This document shows, piece after piece, positions 1 through 9,318 of a stretch of DNA of 64,000 bases (position 1 is the first letter of the stretch; each line of letters starts with the position of its first letter). Under the pieces are notes generated by a model, which had not been told where the DNA came from, made no database searches, and saw nothing but the letters and a program-made list of their open reading frames with translations. The stretch lies in NCBI GenBank assembly GCA_021648525.1, contig JAKISP010000010.1, positions 5,695 to 69,694 on the forward strand, read 5' to 3'. Made by a program: the position numbers and the translations under genes. The DNA is from Gammaproteobacteria bacterium (GTDB lineage: Bacteria; Pseudomonadota; Gammaproteobacteria; SZUA-140).

Positions 1-1397
1 ACCCTGTCCAGGGTGAACAGGTTGTACTCCCGCAGGCGCTATCCCCGGAAAGAACCACTCAATTGCTGATTGATCTTGGACGTATTCGTGAATTGGTGGC
101 GGAATGTATTGTTTCACCGTCAGATTGCAAAGAGGCGTTGATCTGTCGGCAAATTAGAGAGGTGAGTTTGCCGCTGTATAATTTGTCGCTTGCACGAGTT
201 GTTGAGGTGCTCAATAGCGGTACTCAGTGTGCGGATGAGCAGGGGGTAGCTGTTTCGACGCGACGATTAAAGGCTTATGCAGCGGTGGTGGATGATGTGG
301 TCTGCTATATCGAAAATTTACGCGATGGTTATCAGGGGGATGATGGTTTTCTTGAGAACATTGAAGATAAGATGGCGCTGAGTGATGCTTCGTTAACCCA
401 TTATGCTAAACCTTGCCTGCAGAATTGTCCGGTGGATGTGATGGCTGAATTTCTGGATGGTGTGGGTGCTTCATTACGAGATATTCGCTCTGTGCTTTCT
501 CAGTGGGAGGCGGTGCCGAATCACCCCCCATTAGCAAGTGAGTTTTTACGCCATTTGCACGCGCTCAAAGGGGCTGTACTGGTGTATGGGGTTGAGGAAC
601 TGGTGAGTAATATTCAGTACCTGGAATCATGTGCGGTGGCTTTTTTGAAAGGTGAATTGAAGGCGAGTGAAAGGCTATTTGAATTGATGAATCGCTATGT
701 TGCCCGTATGAATGTGGTGACGGATTTGCTGGAACAGCAGGCCGAGACCGTATTAATGACGAATGAAGCGGTGCTACCGATGTCGGGTGTCTTACCTGAG
801 CGTGTTGAACCATTGCAGGATGCGGCTCAACCTGAGCCAGGTCTGCCATTAGCGCAAAAATTACCTCGTTTACGGTTTCTGGTTGAGCGCGCGAGTATCA
901 TGCTGGGTAAGTCCGTTCGATTGATGGTGACGGGTGAGGATGTGGTGCTGCCTGCCGAACTTATCGGTAAATTGATCGCACCACTGGAGTTGTTGTTGTG
1001 GAATGCGATTGACCATGGAATTGAGACACCGACGGTGAGGGCGGAGGCAGGTAAATCAAAAGATGGTGTGATAACGCTCTCTTTAACGCTCGACCAGGAT
1101 CGCTCAATGGGCGTGATCACGGTTGCTGATGATGGGGCGGGTATTGATGAAGAGGCGGTACGTGAAAAGGCGTTGCTGAGTGGTTACGTAACGTCGAATC
1201 AGGAGGCACAGCAAGCGGCGCTGTCGGAGATGATTTTTCACCCTGGGCTCAGTACTTCACTGGTGGTTTCACCTGTCTCAGGCAGAGGAATGGGGCTGGA
1301 TGTGGTGAATACCGAGGTGAGTCGTCTCGGTGGCCATGTGGAGGTGCAGACGGCGCGTGGACAAGGTGCTAGTTTTACGCTTTCTGTGCCGCTCTAG
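1..1397 (+). CDS. CheA-family / Hpt-containing histidine kinase, C-terminal part (Hpt + HATPase_c); the 5' end lies outside the window
   Basis: The frame stays open back to nt 3 with no upstream stop. It has an HxLKG-type Hpt motif (HLHALKGA) and a C-terminal ATP-lid region (GMGLDVV...GQGASFTLSVPL) typical of HATPase_c. Confidence 0.6.
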   Translation, partial: PVQGEQVVLPQALSPERTTQLLIDLGRIRELVAECIVSPSDCKEALICRQIREVSLPLYNLSLARVVEVLNSGTQCADEQGVAVSTRRLKAYAAVVDDVVCYIENLRDGYQGDDGFLENIEDKMALSDASLTHYAKPCLQNCPVDVMAEFLDGVGASLRDIRSVLSQWEAVPNHPPLASEFLRHLHALKGAVLVYGVEELVSNIQYLESCAVAFLKGELKASERLFELMNRYVARMNVVTDLLEQQAETVLMTNEAVLPMSGVLPERVEPLQDAAQPEPGLPLAQKLPRLRFLVERASIMLGKSVRLMVTGEDVVLPAELIGKLIAPLELLLWNAIDHGIETPTVRAEAGKSKDGVITLSLTLDQDRSMGVITVADDGAGIDEEAVREKALLSGYVTSNQEAQQAALSEMIFHPGLSTSLVVSPVSGRGMGLDVVNTEVSRLGGHVEVQTARGQGASFTLSVPL

Positions 1398-1418
1398 CGG
1401 TCTGCAGACTCGCTATCA

Positions 1419-2147
1419 TTACCCCAGGTCGCCCCAGTATGTTTGCAGTGCGGCTAATGCCGCGATGCTGGCCGTTTCAGTGCGTAAGATACGAGGGCCA
1501 AACTGAATGCCCTGAAATCCGCTTTGAGAGGCGCGCTCGATCTCGTTTTCACTAAGTCCCCCTTCTGGGCCGATTAACAGTGATATTGGCCCGGAGGGGC
1601 GCGCTAGTTGGCGTAAAGAGTGTGTTGCTCGATGATGCAGCACGAATGGTTGTGTTTCAGCGTGATTGCCGCCAAGCCAATGCGCTAGTGAGGTGACGGG
1701 CTGGATTTCAGGGATGCGATTACGGCCGCATTGCTCGCAGGCGCTGATGATAACCCTCTGCCAGTGCAGCAATCGTTTGCCTGAGCGCTTCTCATCCAGT
1801 TTGACGCCGCAGCGTTCGGTGGTAAGGGGAATGATGCGATTAACGCCAAGTTCAACGGATTTTTGCAAGGTATAGTCCATTCGTTCACTGCGCGAAATTC
1901 CCTGGGCGAGTGTTATCTGTAGCGGCGATTCAGATTCACGTGGATTGAATTCGCCGACTTGTGCATGAATTACCTGTCGTTTAATCGAGGTGAGCGTTGC
2001 ACTGTATTCGCCACCGTTACCATTAAACAGCGTGATCTCGTGACCGCTTTTGAGGCGCAATACTCGCCCGATATGGTTGGCTGCACTGCCTTCGATTATG
2101 ATTTCTGAATCGGTCGTAATCGACGTTGTAATGTATATGCGGGGCAT
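1419..2147 (-). CDS. rsmE: 16S rRNA (uracil1498-N3)-methyltransferase RsmE
   Basis: It is 242 aa. The N-terminal PUA-like region (HIGRVLRLKSGHEITLFNGNGGEY) and the C-terminal SPOUT motifs (LLIGPEGGLSENEI, GPRILRTETASIAAL) are characteristic of RsmE. Confidence 0.85.
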   Translation of the reverse strand: MPRIYITTSITTDSEIIIEGSAANHIGRVLRLKSGHEITLFNGNGGEYSATLTSIKRQVIHAQVGEFNPRESESPLQITLAQGISRSERMDYTLQKSVELGVNRIIPLTTERCGVKLDEKRSGKRLLHWQRVIISACEQCGRNRIPEIQPVTSLAHWLGGNHAETQPFVLHHRATHSLRQLARPSGPISLLIGPEGGLSENEIERASQSGFQGIQFGPRILRTETASIAALAALQTYWGDLG

Positions 2148-2366
2148 CTGCTGGCAGAGAGTCTATGTATAATGGTATCTGTAGGGGGATTGTAACACTT
2201 CGTCAGTATGCCTGTGATGTGTGCGGCGATTGTCCTTATGAAATCAGGGTTGTAGTGGCCAGGAAAAACGCTAAACTCTAGTCCCAATGAATAGCTATTT
2301 GGGCATGCTTGACCTGAAGGGTTGTTTCAGCTGAATTTGATAAGTTTTGTTTAAGGAGATCGAAAA

Positions 2367-2966
2367 ATGAGTGTATTGGTAACCAGAGAAGCCCCAGATT
2401 TTACCGCGGTAGCGGCAATGCCTGATGGCAGCTTTAACGAGGAATACAAACTTTCTGATTCGCGTGGTAAGTACGTTGTCCTGTTCTTCTATCCACTGGA
2501 TTTCACCTTTGTCTGTCCGTCTGAGTTGATTGCATTTGATCACAGAATTGCTGAATTTGAAAAACGTAACGTACAGGTAATTGGCTGTTCTGTGGACTCA
2601 CACTTTTCCCATCATGCATGGAAAAATACGCCAATAGACCAGGGTGGCATTGGCAATGTGAAATACCCGCTAGTGGCTGATCTGACCAAAAACATCGCGC
2701 GTGATTATGATGTGTTACTGGATGAGGCCGTGGCCTTGCGTGGTTCATTTCTGATTGATAAAGAAGGTGTGGTGCGTCACCAGGTTGTGAATGACCTGCC
2801 GCTGGGCCGCAACATTGATGAAATGCTACGTACCATCGATGCGCTACAGTTCACCGAAGAGCATGGTGAAGTGTGTCCTGCTGGCTGGAAAGAGGGTGAT
2901 AAAGGAATGAACCCAACGGCAGAAGGTGTGGCTTCATATCTTTCAAGTGAGTCTGACAAGTTGTAA
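2367..2966 (+). CDS. 2-Cys peroxiredoxin (AhpC/TSA family)
   Basis: It is 199 aa. It has the peroxidatic-Cys motif FTFVCPSE and the resolving-Cys motif GEVCPAGW. An RBS (AAGGAG) lies upstream of the ATG. Confidence 0.9.
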   Translation: MSVLVTREAPDFTAVAAMPDGSFNEEYKLSDSRGKYVVLFFYPLDFTFVCPSELIAFDHRIAEFEKRNVQVIGCSVDSHFSHHAWKNTPIDQGGIGNVKYPLVADLTKNIARDYDVLLDEAVALRGSFLIDKEGVVRHQVVNDLPLGRNIDEMLRTIDALQFTEEHGEVCPAGWKEGDKGMNPTAEGVASYLSSESDKL

Positions 2967-2990
2967 TAGCGGGTATAGACATGCTTTGAA

Positions 2991-3017
2991 AAAGCGGCCA
3001 TCTGGCCGCTTTTTTTA
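2991..3017. terminator. rho-independent terminator, possibly bidirectional, between the peroxiredoxin and the convergent gene
   Basis: There is a GC hairpin (gcggcca tct ggccgc) followed by a T7 run. Confidence 0.5.
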
Positions 3018-4403
3018 TGCTTGTTTGCTCGTTTTTTCGACTTCCTTTTTGTCGTTAGGCACTGCGCTTGCGGTTGTAATATCGATATCTTCAAGAATAG
3101 CATCGATGTCATCGGCATCAATATTAAGCTCTCCTTCGGGCGGTGAGATTTGGGATGGTTCTCTGGTCGATGTGTTAGCTGTCAGCAGGGCATCGATGTC
3201 ATCTGTCTCGACTGCTTTTTCTGTGATCTCCTTTTCAGTGTCAGATGCTGGTTTTTCTGGCGCTTTATTCACACTTGTTGCTAGTAGAGCGTCGATGTCA
3301 TCAGGGTCAAGTGCTTCATCACTGCTTTTTGTCTCTGGAGTTGATGGTGTCTCATTCGTGTTGGCGGCGAGTAGTGCATCAATATCGTCGGCTGCTGACG
3401 CGTCTATTTTTTCGGTCATTTCTGTTGGGGGTTGTGGTGTCGGAGTAATATTCAGGTCAAGATCGATATCCAGATCGTTCTCATCTGTTGCGGTCTCACT
3501 GGGGGCCTCGGATGATTCAGTGTCATTGCCCGTTATGGCATCACTATCGATACTAAGAAAAGGGTTGCCCTCTTCTTTTTTGGGTTCTTCCTGCTCGGCG
3601 AGGGGCGCTTTATTGGTTTCTGGTATGTCAGATAGTTCATTAAGGGGCTCGTCAACGGCTGCTGATATTTCATCAGCTGGCGCTTTAGCGGCAGGCTTCT
3701 CTGCGTGGTGACTGCTTGCTATGAGTTCTTCATCTATTGCTATTGGGGATTTATTCGGTAGTTTAGATGCCTCTTCCTGTGCTGCAGCATTTTCCTTTTC
3801 TTTTTTTGCAAGCATTTCCTCTGCGGCATCACGCCCACCGCTGAATGCAGAGATGAATTCGGCTACTGTTTCACGCATCTCTTTTTTGGCAGCATCGAGT
3901 TCTTTTTCCAGGCGGTCATTTGTTTGTTGAGTGGCGCTCAGTTCGTGTTGTAAGCGGGAATTTTCATTTTTGAGTTCATTGAGCTCTTCACCATTGGCTG
4001 TGTCAGTAGCGGACGTGTTCCTGTCGACGCTAATGGTGCCAGGTCTGGTATTGGACTCTGTCAGTGCGATGATGTTTTTGTCGAGTTCTTTTAGTGCCTC
4101 ACTGTCTCTATCAGCATAGATATTCATCATGGTGATGTAGAATTCTATTTCTATGTCGCGAATTTTTTTTGCGGTGGCGCTGAGTGCATCGCTATCCAGA
4201 TCGTGAGTTTCTTTGAGCTTGATCGATAGCACATTGAGACGTTCTTCTTTGTTCTCTTTTATCTTTTCAGTCAGCGCTAGCAGCGCTTTTTTATCTTTTC
4301 GCTGTTCTTTTACCTTTAAAAAAATAAGGATGCCGCATATGATTAATAAAAACAGAATGACTTCTGCGAGGATGAGTGATAGTGATGCATATAGACTATT
4401 CAT
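3015..4403 (-). CDS. membrane-anchored coiled-coil protein with an acidic C-terminal 'DDIDALL' repeat region (FimV/HubP-like tail), hypothetical
   Basis: The probable start is MNSLYAS at 4403, 4 nt after the upstream VWA gene stop. It has an N-terminal TM helix and a Lys/Glu-rich coiled coil. It has at least 5 copies of D(D)IDALL/DIDAIL in a very acidic tail. Confidence 0.5.
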   Translation of the reverse strand: MNSLYASLSLILAEVILFLLIICGILIFLKVKEQRKDKKALLALTEKIKENKEERLNVLSIKLKETHDLDSDALSATAKKIRDIEIEFYITMMNIYADRDSEALKELDKNIIALTESNTRPGTISVDRNTSATDTANGEELNELKNENSRLQHELSATQQTNDRLEKELDAAKKEMRETVAEFISAFSGGRDAAEEMLAKKEKENAAAQEEASKLPNKSPIAIDEELIASSHHAEKPAAKAPADEISAAVDEPLNELSDIPETNKAPLAEQEEPKKEEGNPFLSIDSDAITGNDTESSEAPSETATDENDLDIDLDLNITPTPQPPTEMTEKIDASAADDIDALLAANTNETPSTPETKSSDEALDPDDIDALLATSVNKAPEKPASDTEKEITEKAVETDDIDALLTANTSTREPSQISPPEGELNIDADDIDAILEDIDITTASAVPNDKKEVEKTSKQA

Positions 4404-6240
4404 GAGCGAGTGCTTCCCACGGTTTTTCCTGCGCCGACTTTGGCCGGGCTTTCCATTTTTTATATCCAAAGAAGATGCCGCCACCTAGTAGGAGGTTGAA
4501 CATGACAAATGGAATTGAGATGGCTATCCAGTTAACTTCGTTGTCACTTGTTACTTCGGCTGCTGCGATAGGTGTTAATTCGTTGGTATCGGGTGTTCTA
4601 ATTACTTCGGCTGGTTGTGTTTGTGCACCAAATGAGATGGGGCCTACGCGGCTTTCGACTGGGCGGCCATTGGGGCGTATTCCTGTGATCTTAATGGTAA
4701 CGCTATGTTGCTGGTCGGAAGAGAAGTTACCTAAAGGTAGTTTCCATTCATTATGACTGCTGCGTGGAATATCGATGCGTTGAACTTCACCGGCACTATC
4801 TGAGATGATTGCCATCATATTGATTGAATCTGGGTTGATCATATCAGCTCGAGGAATGACGAATAGCGTTTCTATCTCGGCATCAAGGATCTTTTCGGGT
4901 TTGATTTTGGTGATCACCGGTGAGGCGTAGACATTGATCAGGTGCCTTTTTTCACGTTTAAAAGTAACCCCGTCAACCTGAGTGATAAGCTCGTGTTGAC
5001 CTTCTGTGAGTGCATCACTAAGGTTGATGCTATAGGTGCCATCTTTTGCTTTTTGATCAACGACATCGCCGTCATCTTTTAGTTTGTGTCGCGTCTGGTT
5101 CTCTTTGTGTGTCTGTTGTAGTTTAATGTCAACAAAGCGATGAAAGGCTGGTTTGGTGATGACCTTGTTTTCGTTGGCGAGCGAAGCGAAATAGTATTGT
5201 TCATCATCCAGGTAGATATTGTTGGGGAATGAAGTGGTAACAAGTTTCAGGTCGGTCACTACCATTACGCGATTATCAGGATCGGTGTCGGCATCCACAT
5301 ACCAGGTACCACTAGCTGGGTTGGTGATGGTGATGAGATCGTAACGTGATTGATGGTGCCAGCTAACATTCTGCGGTGGGCTATTACGCCCAAAGACCTT
5401 GTCTTCAGGGGTTGTGACCATGGGTGGTTGCGCATCATTGCGGTTAAAAATTAATAATGTCATCTCATTGATGCTGCTATCGACGATGACTTTGTTTTCG
5501 ATCAATGGCAGTGTGTCTGGTTGGGTTGTTTTTTCAAACATACGAAAGAAAATACGCTCAAGCCCTTCAGCGTCTTTTGCTTTTTCATACCAGCCATTAG
5601 ATGAGGCGGCGAGTTGCTGTAGGAGAAGCTCATCCGCCTCACCTGAGAGTGCAATGGTGTGTACTGTTGCGCCAGATCTGGCGAGTCGCGGCACAATATT
5701 GTTAATGATGTTATCTCGAGACGCACGGTTTTTATTAGCGTCTTTGTCGATGTCGACGAGCCCATCGGTTAGCAGAATAATGGTGCGTTCAATTTCTGGG
5801 TTATCCTGCTTCCAGTCCCAGGTCGATTTCTGAAGGGTCTCCTCAATATTGGTAAACAATCCATTGGAGCGGATTGTGCCCGCTGCTTTGGTGGCACGTC
5901 GTTTCCATTGTTTATCAACGGGGGAGAGTGGTACTAGCATGTTGACGTGGCGCCCAAATGTCCAGACACCTGCCTGTGCATTGCTGGGTAGCAGGTTGGC
6001 AAGCAAGCGCAGGGCTGGGATGCGAAGGTTGCCGGGGTCGTTCCGTTTCATGCTGCCTGAAACGTCGATAAGGATTCTTATGTCGTGTGCAGCGGTGGCA
6101 GGTTTTGTTTTGGCGAGCACATGCGTATGCCAGCCAAGAAATAGAAAGGCTGTAATGACTGCAATCTTAAGTCCATTTTTTTTCAAAGCGCACCTGGTGA
6201 AAGAACGGTTCTTACATAACGACCATATCGGTGTAACCAT
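4396..6240 (-). CDS. von Willebrand factor type A (VWA) domain protein with a signal peptide and a C-terminal TM anchor
   Basis: It has a MIDAS motif (ILIDVSGSM ... ILLTDG) after a signal-like N-terminus. A C-terminal hydrophobic helix is followed by basic residues (YKKWKARPK). The start could be an internal TTG (MKKNGLK...). Confidence 0.7.
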   Translation of the reverse strand: MVTPIWSLCKNRSFTRCALKKNGLKIAVITAFLFLGWHTHVLAKTKPATAAHDIRILIDVSGSMKRNDPGNLRIPALRLLANLLPSNAQAGVWTFGRHVNMLVPLSPVDKQWKRRATKAAGTIRSNGLFTNIEETLQKSTWDWKQDNPEIERTIILLTDGLVDIDKDANKNRASRDNIINNIVPRLARSGATVHTIALSGEADELLLQQLAASSNGWYEKAKDAEGLERIFFRMFEKTTQPDTLPLIENKVIVDSSINEMTLLIFNRNDAQPPMVTTPEDKVFGRNSPPQNVSWHHQSRYDLITITNPASGTWYVDADTDPDNRVMVVTDLKLVTTSFPNNIYLDDEQYYFASLANENKVITKPAFHRFVDIKLQQTHKENQTRHKLKDDGDVVDQKAKDGTYSINLSDALTEGQHELITQVDGVTFKREKRHLINVYASPVITKIKPEKILDAEIETLFVIPRADMINPDSINMMAIISDSAGEVQRIDIPRSSHNEWKLPLGNFSSDQQHSVTIKITGIRPNGRPVESRVGPISFGAQTQPAEVIRTPDTNELTPIAAAEVTSDNEVNWIAISIPFVMFNLLLGGGIFFGYKKWKARPKSAQEKPWEALAHE

Positions 6241-6582
6241 TTGATTCTTTAAAAGTGGTGTTTAGCTGGTTGTGTTACATGTAGCTGTGACTGTAGTGCT
6301 GGTGTTTGTTGGTCGTCCGGTTGTGTGCTGCTATTATTTTGAATGCATTATTGCCATGCGGTTTGTATGTTATTTTTTCTGACGGTATACCTTCATTACT
6401 CGTAAAAACCATAATTATAAGGTGGTCATTACTGCTATAACACTATAATAAATATGTTATTTTCTTTGAAATAATACTTGCAAATTTGTTGAGTGATTTG
6501 CTATGTTACTTGTTGAAGGGGGATGCAGTGGCAAGGCATTTCTGACATACATACAGAGTTTGATTTTGAGGAGATGAGAATA

Positions 6583-6678
6583 ATGTCTGATGCGAATATT
6601 TCGAAGACGGATGGCCTTTTTGTTATTGCTATTGCAGCAATTATTACTGTTCTAGGGCTGGTTGGCACTAACATCTAA
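6583..6678 (+). CDS. small hydrophobic peptide (31 aa; MSDANISKTDGLFVIAIAAIITVLGLVGTNI), candidate small membrane protein
   Basis: An ATG sits 10 nt after a GGAG. It has a single predicted TM helix. It is a paralog of the ORF at 7300 and sits in a 1.3 kb AT-rich intergenic region. Confidence 0.35.
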   Translation: MSDANISKTDGLFVIAIAAIITVLGLVGTNI

Positions 6679-7299
6679 TATTTTGTTCGTGAGAGAGCCT
6701 CGGCTTTATTCACGAGAGATGATGTTTTAAGTAGTAAAGATTATCATTCGCTTACCCATTTGAACGATGTGGGTAGGCAAATCTCGGCGGTGGTTAGCGT
6801 TGAATTTCTGGCAGGTTGCTGAATGCCTTATCTGGGAGTTAACACCGCCGCTTTTTTATTCCCTTCTGTATAGTCTTTTTCCTGTTATTTTCTAAATTTT
6901 TTGTGTGCTCTCGCATCGCTTCCACACGGCATGTGTGGTGGGTGTTGTTATTCAATGAGATTGTCTGGATGCCCCACTATATGCTGACTTTGTGTACTAA
7001 GCGAGGCGCCTTGCACTTCCATGGCAATTTTCAGGGCAATTATAAAATAGCTGCGGGTGCTATTCAGTGCACGCTAAAAAATATTTCTGTGATTTAGGGT
7101 GTGTAGGGTACGCTGTCACTACAATGTAGGGCATTCACTTGTTTGTTGCTGCGAATTTAGGCTTGATTCTATTTCCTTCTTTATGTATGGTTTAAATACC
7201 TTTTAATAAAGAAGGGTACTATTTCCGGTTTAGCAGGTTAATTTGCTAATAAACGGGTCAATAAATACTTAAGTTCAATGTCGAATTAGGAGTGCTTTT

Positions 7300-7401
7300 A
7301 TGTCAACGGCAGTTAATGTTAATAAAAATGATTCACTGATTGTTATCGCAACTACCGCTATCGTGCTTGGCCTGTGGGCGGTTGCGATTGCTATTGGCTA
7401 G
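7300..7401 (+). CDS. small hydrophobic peptide (33 aa; MSTAVNVNKNDSLIVIATTAIVLGLWAVAIAIG), paralog of 6583..6678
   Basis: An AGGAG RBS lies 7 nt upstream of the ATG. It has the same polar-head plus single-TM architecture. A terminator hairpin lies downstream. Confidence 0.35.
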   Translation: MSTAVNVNKNDSLIVIATTAIVLGLWAVAIAIG

Positions 7402-7450
7402 TACAGTAACAGTGTAGATCTATTTGCAGTTGCTCATAGATTAACGAATA

Positions 7451-7485
7451 GCCAGTGTGATATTAATCGCACTGGCTTTTTTTTG
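7451..7485. terminator. rho-independent terminator after the second small peptide ORF
   Basis: The stem is ccagtg ... cactgg and is followed by a T8 run. Confidence 0.45.
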
Positions 7486-7549
7486 CCTGTTATTGTTTAA
7501 GTATTTGTTGCTATGGGCGTGGTGTGGTTGATTCAGTTACACTTGCGCG

Positions 7550-8536
7550 ATGCAGACTCGATTCAAGCTACTTAACACACTGTCGGATGGCAATTTTCAC
7601 TCTGGGGATGCGTTAGGTGCGGAGCTGGGCGTTGGGCGGAGTGCTATCTGGCGGCATGTTCAAACGCTGCGTGGCTATGGACTCGATATTTATGCCGTGA
7701 CAGGTCGGGGTTATCGGCTCAGAACGCCTCTGGAGTTGCTATGTGAATCACGAATTATTGATGGTCTGCCGCAGACGGCACGCTCTTTGATTGCTGATAT
7801 TGATCTCCACCCGCTGCTGGATTCTACTAATAGTCATTTGATGCGTCCTGAGGCGATGGCGTTGCCTGGTGGTAGCGTTTGTCTGGTTGAGTATCAGACA
7901 GCGGGTCGTGGTCGTCAGGGACGTCGCTGGGTCTCTTCTTTTGGTGCTAATCTTTGCTTTTCACTGGTGTGGCATTTTAATGGTGGACCGGACGCGCTTT
8001 CTGGTTTGTCGCTTGCGGTGGCCGTGGCGCTGGCGGAAGGTTTGTCGTCTCTAGGGCTTTCGCGGCCAGGGTTGAAGTGGCCGAATGACCTGTATATAGA
8101 TGGGCGGAAGCTGGCAGGTATTCTGCTGGAGATGAGTGGTGAGTTTTCTGGCACGAGCCGGGTTGTAATTGGGGTGGGGGTGAATATGAGAGCGCCATCG
8201 GCGATTGATGAATCAATCGACCAGCCGTGGATTGCGCTGGATGAGCTGTTGCCAGCGCCGGTGTCGAGAAATCAGGCGGCATCGATCTTGATTGCGGCGA
8301 TTGCGGTGGCGATGTCTGAGTTCCAGAAAGAAGGTTTCGCGCCGTTTATGGCACGCTGGCAGCAGTGGGATGTGATGGCGGGTAAATCCATAACATTGCA
8401 GCAGACTCAAGGTGTTATTGAAGGGAGGGCGCGTGGGATCGACACGACGGGTGCGTTATTAATTGAGCGTGAGGGTGAAATTAGTCGTTATCATTCGGGT
8501 GATGTTTTTTTGTTACGCGAAGTGGCACCATCGTAA
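7550..8536 (+). CDS. birA: bifunctional biotin--[acetyl-CoA-carboxylase] ligase / biotin operon repressor BirA
   Basis: It is 328 aa. It has an N-terminal HTH and the GRGRQGRRW biotin-binding motif. It is followed by coaX, as in many gammaproteobacteria. Confidence 0.9.
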   Translation: MQTRFKLLNTLSDGNFHSGDALGAELGVGRSAIWRHVQTLRGYGLDIYAVTGRGYRLRTPLELLCESRIIDGLPQTARSLIADIDLHPLLDSTNSHLMRPEAMALPGGSVCLVEYQTAGRGRQGRRWVSSFGANLCFSLVWHFNGGPDALSGLSLAVAVALAEGLSSLGLSRPGLKWPNDLYIDGRKLAGILLEMSGEFSGTSRVVIGVGVNMRAPSAIDESIDQPWIALDELLPAPVSRNQAASILIAAIAVAMSEFQKEGFAPFMARWQQWDVMAGKSITLQQTQGVIEGRARGIDTTGALLIEREGEISRYHSGDVFLLREVAPS

Positions 8537-8559
8537 ATGGCATTAACGCTGGAATTGTT

Positions 8560-9318
8560 ATGATTTTATTGTTGGATATCGGTAATACCCGGATTAAATG
8601 GGGCTGTCTGATTGGTGGTGAGTTTCAGCCGGGTGGTGCGCAGTCGCGCGGCGCAGGTGATGTCGCAAGCATGGTTGCAGCGGTGCAGGCGAGGCACTGT
8701 CACCCTTTGCACGTGGTTATTTCAAATGTGGCCGATGATGCTTATCGTGAGCAGCTGTGCCGTGTGGTCAGTGAAACCTGGGGTTGCCAGGTTGAAGTTG
8801 CTGCGACGGAGGCTGCTGCTTTTGGTGTTGTAAATGGGTACGATGAGCCGCATCGTCTTGGCGTTGATCGCTGGTTGGCATTGATTGCAGCGCGACAGTT
8901 ATGTGATGGTGCGCTGTGTCTTGTTGATTGTGGCACCGCTTTGACGGTTGATTTGCTAACGGCAGAGGGCTTTCATCTTGGCGGAATGATTGTTCCCGGT
9001 GTGTCGTTACTGCAGGATACATTAGTGAAAAATACAGAGGGACTGGATGTGATAAGCGGTTGCTGGGCGGGTGGCGAGGTGCGCTTTATGGCACGAAATA
9101 CGGTAGATGCACTGTTGGCTGGCGCATGTTATTCGTCGGTGGCGTTGATTGATCGAGTGTTTGTGGATGCGCAACAATCGCTTGGTGAAGGTGTTTCATT
9201 GGTGTTGACAGGTGGTGATGCCAGTATGTTGAGGCCGCATTTGCAATGTGAAGGGGTGTTTGAGCCTGATTTGGTGTTAAAGGGAGTGGCGATGATTGCG
9301 GGAGCGGCGAGTCAATGA
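8560..9318 (+). CDS. coaX: type III pantothenate kinase
   Basis: It is 252 aa. It has the DIGNTRIKWG N-terminal motif and ASKHA-fold motifs (DCGTALTVD). Confidence 0.85.
   Translation: MILLLDIGNTRIKWGCLIGGEFQPGGAQSRGAGDVASMVAAVQARHCHPLHVVISNVADDAYREQLCRVVSETWGCQVEVAATEAAAFGVVNGYDEPHRLGVDRWLALIAARQLCDGALCLVDCGTALTVDLLTAEGFHLGGMIVPGVSLLQDTLVKNTEGLDVISGCWAGGEVRFMARNTVDALLAGACYSSVALIDRVFVDAQQSLGEGVSLVLTGGDASMLRPHLQCEGVFEPDLVLKGVAMIAGAASQ

Noticed and set aside
565-1120. Two minus-strand ORFs (94 and 97 aa) inside the CheA-like gene
   Set aside because: They are antisense to a well-supported coding region with recognisable Hpt and HATPase motifs.
2926-3711. A 261-aa Ser-rich ORF on the + strand
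   Set aside because: It lies entirely antisense to the acidic repeat protein gene (3015-4403, minus strand). Its Ser-rich composition is the mirror of the Asp/Glu/Ile codons on the other strand. It has no RBS.
3015-4403. A possible CRISPR or DNA-level tandem repeat suggested by the repeated 'gatgacatcgatgc…' strings
   Set aside because: The repeats are in-frame protein repeats (DDIDALL) of irregular spacing within a CDS. They are not a direct-repeat and spacer array.
6903-7097. A 64-aa ORF in the AT-rich intergenic region
   Set aside because: It has a GTG start without an RBS. Its residues (W/H/C-rich) do not look like coding sequence. It is less convincing than the two RBS-preceded hydrophobic mini-ORFs.
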